Positions 59,839 to 64,000 of a stretch of 64,000 nt of DNA are shown piece after piece. Under the pieces are notes generated by a model. The model ran no database searches and was not told where the DNA came from. It worked only from the letters and a program-made list of their open reading frames with translations. The DNA is from Chitinophagales bacterium (GTDB lineage Bacteria; Bacteroidota; Bacteroidia; Chitinophagales; Saprospiraceae). Each line of letters starts with the position of its first letter. Positions within the stretch are counted from its first letter, which is position 1. A program made the position numbers and the translations under genes. The DNA is taken from assembly GCA_026928325.1 (NCBI GenBank), contig JAIXKS010000039.1:66929-130928 (forward strand), written 5' to 3'.

Positions 59839-60759
59839 ATGAAGTACTTCATTGCTTTTATTATCACTGCAATTGTCCTAGTGACGATGGTTAATTATTA
59901 TGAAGGATCGCAATCTCAGATTAAACTATTGGATGATAAGGTCCAGAGCATGAATGAATTTAATTCTTCGCTTAAGGATAGTGTGCAAACGCTCAAACAC
60001 ACCATAGATACGCTAAATAACATGTTTGATGCATCTAAACCTGTCGATTTGGTGGCCTTGAGTAAATACCTTTCTGCTTCTGTCTTTCCCATTCATGTGT
60101 ATTTGGTCATTGAGGGAAGTGAAGAAGTAGAGCAGGAAGACGAAAACGGATATGTGTACACAGAAACATCTATTTTAGTAGATACTGTCTTGGCTTTTGG
60201 TACTACGTTTTGTTTTGGGCAAAGTGGTGTTTTTTTGACGAATTATCATGTCTTTCCGCCTAATACTGTGGATGCATTCATCGAGGATAATGAGGGTAGG
60301 TTTCATCCGGTCACTTATGTTATTGCAGCTAATAAAGACTTGGACTATGTTTTATTTACTTGTCCGGATTTGTGGGTCAGCCCATTACCTATAGCAAGGT
60401 ATCTGCCCGAACAAGGAGCAGATATTTTTACGATGGGTAACCCTCTGAATTTTAATTATACTTTATCGCGAGGCATTGTATCTGGATGGTTAGCAAATCA
60501 TTCTTACATCCAATCGGATATTCCCATCAATAGAGGCAGTAGCGGAGGACCATTAGTGAATAAAAATGGAGAAGTTGTTGGTGTTGCTTTTGCCAAATTA
60601 GAAAGCGCTGAAAATTTTAGTTTTGGAATTAACATTCATCACATTGCTGAAGATATTATAGCTGTTATAGAATCAAATACTTTTCTGCATTCAAATTTTG
60701 ACGAAAATTCATTTAAGTTGGTTAGTGATGCTGAATTTCTACAGTTCTTACGACAATAG
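59839..60759 (+). CDS. membrane-anchored trypsin-like (S1/DegP-type) serine protease
   Basis: 306 aa; N-terminal TM helix, coiled coil, catalytic triad contexts LTNYHVF, DLDYVLF, NRGSSGGPLVNKNGEVVGV. Confidence 0.75.
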   Translation: MKYFIAFIITAIVLVTMVNYYEGSQSQIKLLDDKVQSMNEFNSSLKDSVQTLKHTIDTLNNMFDASKPVDLVALSKYLSASVFPIHVYLVIEGSEEVEQEDENGYVYTETSILVDTVLAFGTTFCFGQSGVFLTNYHVFPPNTVDAFIEDNEGRFHPVTYVIAANKDLDYVLFTCPDLWVSPLPIARYLPEQGADIFTMGNPLNFNYTLSRGIVSGWLANHSYIQSDIPINRGSSGGPLVNKNGEVVGVAFAKLESAENFSFGINIHHIAEDIIAVIESNTFLHSNFDENSFKLVSDAEFLQFLRQ

Positions 60760-60834
60760 TACTGATACATCTTTATATTTATTAACACAGATAAGCTTTA
60801 ACCGAACCCTCAACTTTTAATAATACTACCTTTA

Positions 60835-61848
60835 ATGAGAATATTTATCAATACTTACGGAACTTCTTTGAAGATGCAAGATGGTTTGCTTTCAATTAAA
60901 TACGAAGACAAAATCAATAAAGTTCCCATAGGAAAAGTTAAAACCATTTATCTTACAAAAAGCGTTCATTTATCTACGGATGTACTTTATGCCTGCCTCG
61001 AACAAGGCATAGATTTAATGATTACGGAGCGGAGTGGTGCTCCGGTGGGAAGATTATGGAATAATAGGTTCGGATCTATATCTACTATCCGAAAAAACCA
61101 ATTGGACTTTGCAGCAAGTGGTCATGTTACTTCGTGGGTTATCGACCAACTTTCAGAAAAAATTGAAAACCAAATTGATTTACTTTTTTGCTTATTGACA
61201 TTGGATGAACCCGATGAAACAGAGATTAATCGAGTAGTCGAAAAAATGAGATCAATTATTATTAGGATGTCCGAATCTAAAGAGGATCATATCAGCGAAG
61301 CGGCAGCAAGATTACGAGCTTTGGAAGGCCAAGCCGCTAAACTCTATTTTTCGTGTATCAATAGACATTTGCCATTTAAATATCAATTTTCAGGTAGAAG
61401 CAGACATCCCGCCTTGGATATGGTCAACTCGATGTTAAATTATGTATATGGTATATTATACGGACATATAGAATCCGCATTGATAAAAGCTGGGTTAGAT
61501 CCTTTTATTGGCCTCTTTCATCGGGATGAATACAATAGACCGGTTCTTACTTATGATGTAATCGAACCATTTAGACCTTGGGCTGATTGGACAGTTTTTC
61601 ATTTGTGCACTAACGAGGTACTAGATGATGTTCATTTTCAGATAGAAAATGGACAATATTGGCTCCAAGGGGATGCTAAAAGGATATTGATTCAGCATTT
61701 TTCGGACTTTTTTGATGAAGTAATCGATTATAAGGGAAATCGGTTTTCGCGGATGATTCATTTGGATAAGGCAGCTCAACAATTAGCTAGTTTTATTCAA
61801 AATAATGCGCCAGGCCCTGAATCAGGATTTATAACGTCACACAAATAA
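60835..61848 (+). CDS. cas1: CRISPR integrase Cas1
   Basis: 337 aa; LEGQAAKLYF, NSMLNYVYGILY, GLFHRDEYNRPVLTYDVIEPFRP motifs. Confidence 0.9.
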   Translation: MRIFINTYGTSLKMQDGLLSIKYEDKINKVPIGKVKTIYLTKSVHLSTDVLYACLEQGIDLMITERSGAPVGRLWNNRFGSISTIRKNQLDFAASGHVTSWVIDQLSEKIENQIDLLFCLLTLDEPDETEINRVVEKMRSIIIRMSESKEDHISEAAARLRALEGQAAKLYFSCINRHLPFKYQFSGRSRHPALDMVNSMLNYVYGILYGHIESALIKAGLDPFIGLFHRDEYNRPVLTYDVIEPFRPWADWTVFHLCTNEVLDDVHFQIENGQYWLQGDAKRILIQHFSDFFDEVIDYKGNRFSRMIHLDKAAQQLASFIQNNAPGPESGFITSHK

Positions 61849-61859
61849 TTATAAGATAG

Positions 61860-62837
61860 ATGCCAAATATACTTTTATCATACGGCACCAATTGTAAGGA
61901 TAACAAATCTTCGCTTTCTATCATGGATTTAGTGTCCTTGTATGAATTGATTATTGCACCGGACGAACACAATTTAGTTACCACAACACAAAACTTGAGG
62001 TCTGTGCTGAAATATTCTCAAGAGCGATATCGTTACATGAAAACATCACTTCCTTTTTTCTCTTGTTCGCATTTTGATCCGCCATTGAGAGGCATTCAAA
62101 ATTTTGTTAGAGCTGAAGGACTTGTCATTGATTTAGATATGAAAGCACCTTTAGACCAGGAGTTGATCCGTAAGTTTAAAGAGGATGAAAGGATAGCTTT
62201 GGGTTATATTTCTCCAAGTAATATGGGCATAAAATTAGTATTTGTTTTAGATGAGCCAGTTAGAGATGCACAAGTATATAGAGCGTTATATCTAAAATTT
62301 TCTAGTGATTTTGCAATGCAATATCACTTGGCTGACTGCTTGGATCAAAAAAACTGTGACGTTAGCCGTATTAGTTTTATATGCCATGACTCGCAAGCAT
62401 GGTTCAATTCTGATGCTATCCCATTGACAATCAATCATTGGATATCGGAAGATTCCATAAGTGTTCCAATGGATACTCCAGATGAGATGGTGGCTGAAAA
62501 ACAAAATATTCCTGAAACTGCCTACAAAAAGATTTTAGAATTATTAGATACACGTCCTAAAACTGTTAAAGCGGTTGTACCTCTTATGCCGGAAATATCG
62601 CAGATCATGGATATTATATCTGAAGAATTGGACATCTATGAAATCCGTGTCGATCATGTCGAAAGCATTCAGTATGGAGCAAAACTAAGGTTGGCGAAGG
62701 ATGTACAAAAGGCGGAAATCAATGTGTATTATGGAAAGCAAGGTTATCGGGTAGTAACAAGTCCACGAAAAGGAACTGACCATCAGCTCAATGAGGTAGC
62801 CAGATTTGTCTTACAATCCTTATTGGATAAATATTAA
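61860..62837 (+). CDS. archaeo-eukaryotic primase superfamily Prim-Pol (BT4734/VirE-N-like), CRISPR-associated (CAPP-type)
   Basis: 325 aa between cas1 and cas2; AEP motif I LVIDLDMK (DxD), motif II region SPSNMGIKLVFVL, motif III region NCDVSRISFICHD. Confidence 0.7.
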   Translation: MPNILLSYGTNCKDNKSSLSIMDLVSLYELIIAPDEHNLVTTTQNLRSVLKYSQERYRYMKTSLPFFSCSHFDPPLRGIQNFVRAEGLVIDLDMKAPLDQELIRKFKEDERIALGYISPSNMGIKLVFVLDEPVRDAQVYRALYLKFSSDFAMQYHLADCLDQKNCDVSRISFICHDSQAWFNSDAIPLTINHWISEDSISVPMDTPDEMVAEKQNIPETAYKKILELLDTRPKTVKAVVPLMPEISQIMDIISEELDIYEIRVDHVESIQYGAKLRLAKDVQKAEINVYYGKQGYRVVTSPRKGTDHQLNEVARFVLQSLLDKY

Positions 62838-62852
62838 AATTGAATAAAAATT

Positions 62853-63296
62853 ATGAGCAAATACCCTTCATTTAATACCATTCGAGATGTAGAAGTCAAT
62901 GATGAAAAGTTAGCTTCGTTGGCAGAATTAAATATAGACCAAAAAATCAATACCATCATGGGCTGGCTTGCCCGTCAAAGCCGCATCAAATCTAACCTTA
63001 TGTTGTATATGATTATGTATGATATAGAAAACAATAAAATCCGTACTCATATCGCCAAATATCTGATAAAAAAGGGTTGTCTTAGAATCCAAAAATCAGT
63101 TTATCTTGCAAAAAGTAGTCCTGTAATTATGAAAGAAATAACGGAAACACTCAAAGAAATTAATGATATTTATGAAAATCAAGATAGTATTTTTGTACTG
63201 CCTGTTCCGGAAGAAAAGTTCAATAATATTACGGTGATTGGCCAAAATGTTGAATTTGAAATTGTAACCCAACCCAAGATTGTTTTATTTTTTTAA
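62853..63296 (+). CDS. cas2: CRISPR-associated Cas2 with N-terminal extension
   Basis: Cas2 core LYMIMYDIENNKIRTHIAKYLIKKGCLRIQKSVYL starts near aa 50 of 147. An internal Met (MGWLAR) could be the true start. Confidence 0.8.
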   Translation: MSKYPSFNTIRDVEVNDEKLASLAELNIDQKINTIMGWLARQSRIKSNLMLYMIMYDIENNKIRTHIAKYLIKKGCLRIQKSVYLAKSSPVIMKEITETLKEINDIYENQDSIFVLPVPEEKFNNITVIGQNVEFEIVTQPKIVLFF

Positions 63297-63362
63297 ACAA
63301 TGATTGGCTTGGGTTTGGTTTAGGAAATGTTTTAATAAAATAATTAAAGATATTAAATAGAA

Positions 63363-64000
63363 ATGGATGTTAAAGGTATAATTCAAATATTTTTTGTTTT
63401 GTTCGTGCTTGGCATGTTAAAGTATTGTGATACGTCGTCAGATACACCAGACTATTATAGCGGTTTTGATTATGATTCAAAAATTTGGCATGAAGGTTAT
63501 AGCATTGAAAAGGAAAGGAAAATCAATCGCATTTTGGAACATGCAAAGGAATTTTCTGATAACTTGAATGCGGCTAAAAAGCTCCTAATGTATATGATAC
63601 CATTTCCTATGCTTAACGATTCGGAAACCTTTATGATTGATATAGCAGATTTTCCTGGTATATATGGGTATGCACTGCCATCACAAAAAGATATTGTGGA
63701 AGGAAGTGAATGGTATAGATGTCTTTATGAAAACGACAACAATTTAGATCCTGAGTATCTGCCCTATGTTATTTATAATGATTATAACCAGGATAGTATT
63801 ATGGATGTAGTTTGTGTATTAAAACCGACAGTCGATACGTATGGTTCCTTAGTCTGCTTGTATGTAAGTACCGGTACAAATCAATATAAAGTATATGTAA
63901 TAGACGAAAGGGATGAATTTTGGGTCAATAGATCTTTTTTGTTTCCGTTAGGCAAAGGAGATGAACTATGCCTTTATGAAGGAGATGATCCTAGAGAAAT
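63363..64000 (+). CDS. hypothetical lipoprotein, N-terminal part (runs off window end)
   Basis: Edge ORF absent from the track; hand translation MDVKGIIQIFFVLFVLGMLKYCDTSSD... stays open to base 64000. Confidence 0.45.
   Translation, partial: MDVKGIIQIFFVLFVLGMLKYCDTSSDTPDYYSGFDYDSKIWHEGYSIEKERKINRILEHAKEFSDNLNAAKKLLMYMIPFPMLNDSETFMIDIADFPGIYGYALPSQKDIVEGSEWYRCLYENDNNLDPEYLPYVIYNDYNQDSIMDVVCVLKPTVDTYGSLVCLYVSTGTNQYKVYVIDERDEFWVNRSFLFPLGKGDELCLYEGDDPRE

Noticed and set aside
63297-63362. Searched downstream of cas2 for a second CRISPR array or leader
   Set aside because: There is no copy of the 36-bp repeat or any part of it, and the next feature is an ordinary ORF.

Overview
This is a Bacteroidota-type chromosomal segment. 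The evidence is the rpmB-rpmG-DUF4295 order, TAnnTTTG -7 boxes, no Shine-Dalgarno sequences, an S46 peptidase, a BatA-like protein and TonB-dependent receptors.

Bases 1-44,065 are mostly housekeeping: ftsY, rpmB/rpmG, tRNA-Arg, parAB, pdxJ, ftsK, bshC, era, a CDF transporter, a TPP riboswitch ahead of a TonB receptor, a TolC/HlyD/ABC-2 efflux operon, uppP, truB, a porin and a large TPR protein. Two kinds of accessory element interrupt this region:
- a three-gene C-protein / 5mC-methyltransferase / PD-ExK restriction module (20.6-23.4 kb);
- three copies of a ~165-bp MITE-like repeat with 13-bp terminal inverted repeats.

Bases 44,066-63,296 are a type III-A (Csm) CRISPR-Cas island. In order it contains:
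- leader;
- a 22-repeat/21-spacer array (36-bp repeat);
- terminator;
- cas6;
- cas10-csm2-csm3-csm4-csm5;
- vapBC;
- a CARF-HEPN csm6 split by an IS30-family element;
- an intact CARF-adenosine-deaminase fusion (Cad1 type);
- a divergent WYL regulator;
- a membrane-anchored trypsin-like protease;
- cas1, an AEP primase-polymerase (CAPP type) and cas2.

The most interesting signals, strongest first:
- the deaminase effector, which appears to be the only intact cOA sensor left;
- the Cas1-PrimPol-Cas2 adaptation module;
- an identical-arm 19-bp palindrome upstream of both cas6 and the WYL regulator gene;
- three consecutive spacers that tile one protospacer region;
- an extra C-terminal domain on Csm5.

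All calls come from reading motifs by eye. No database search was possible.
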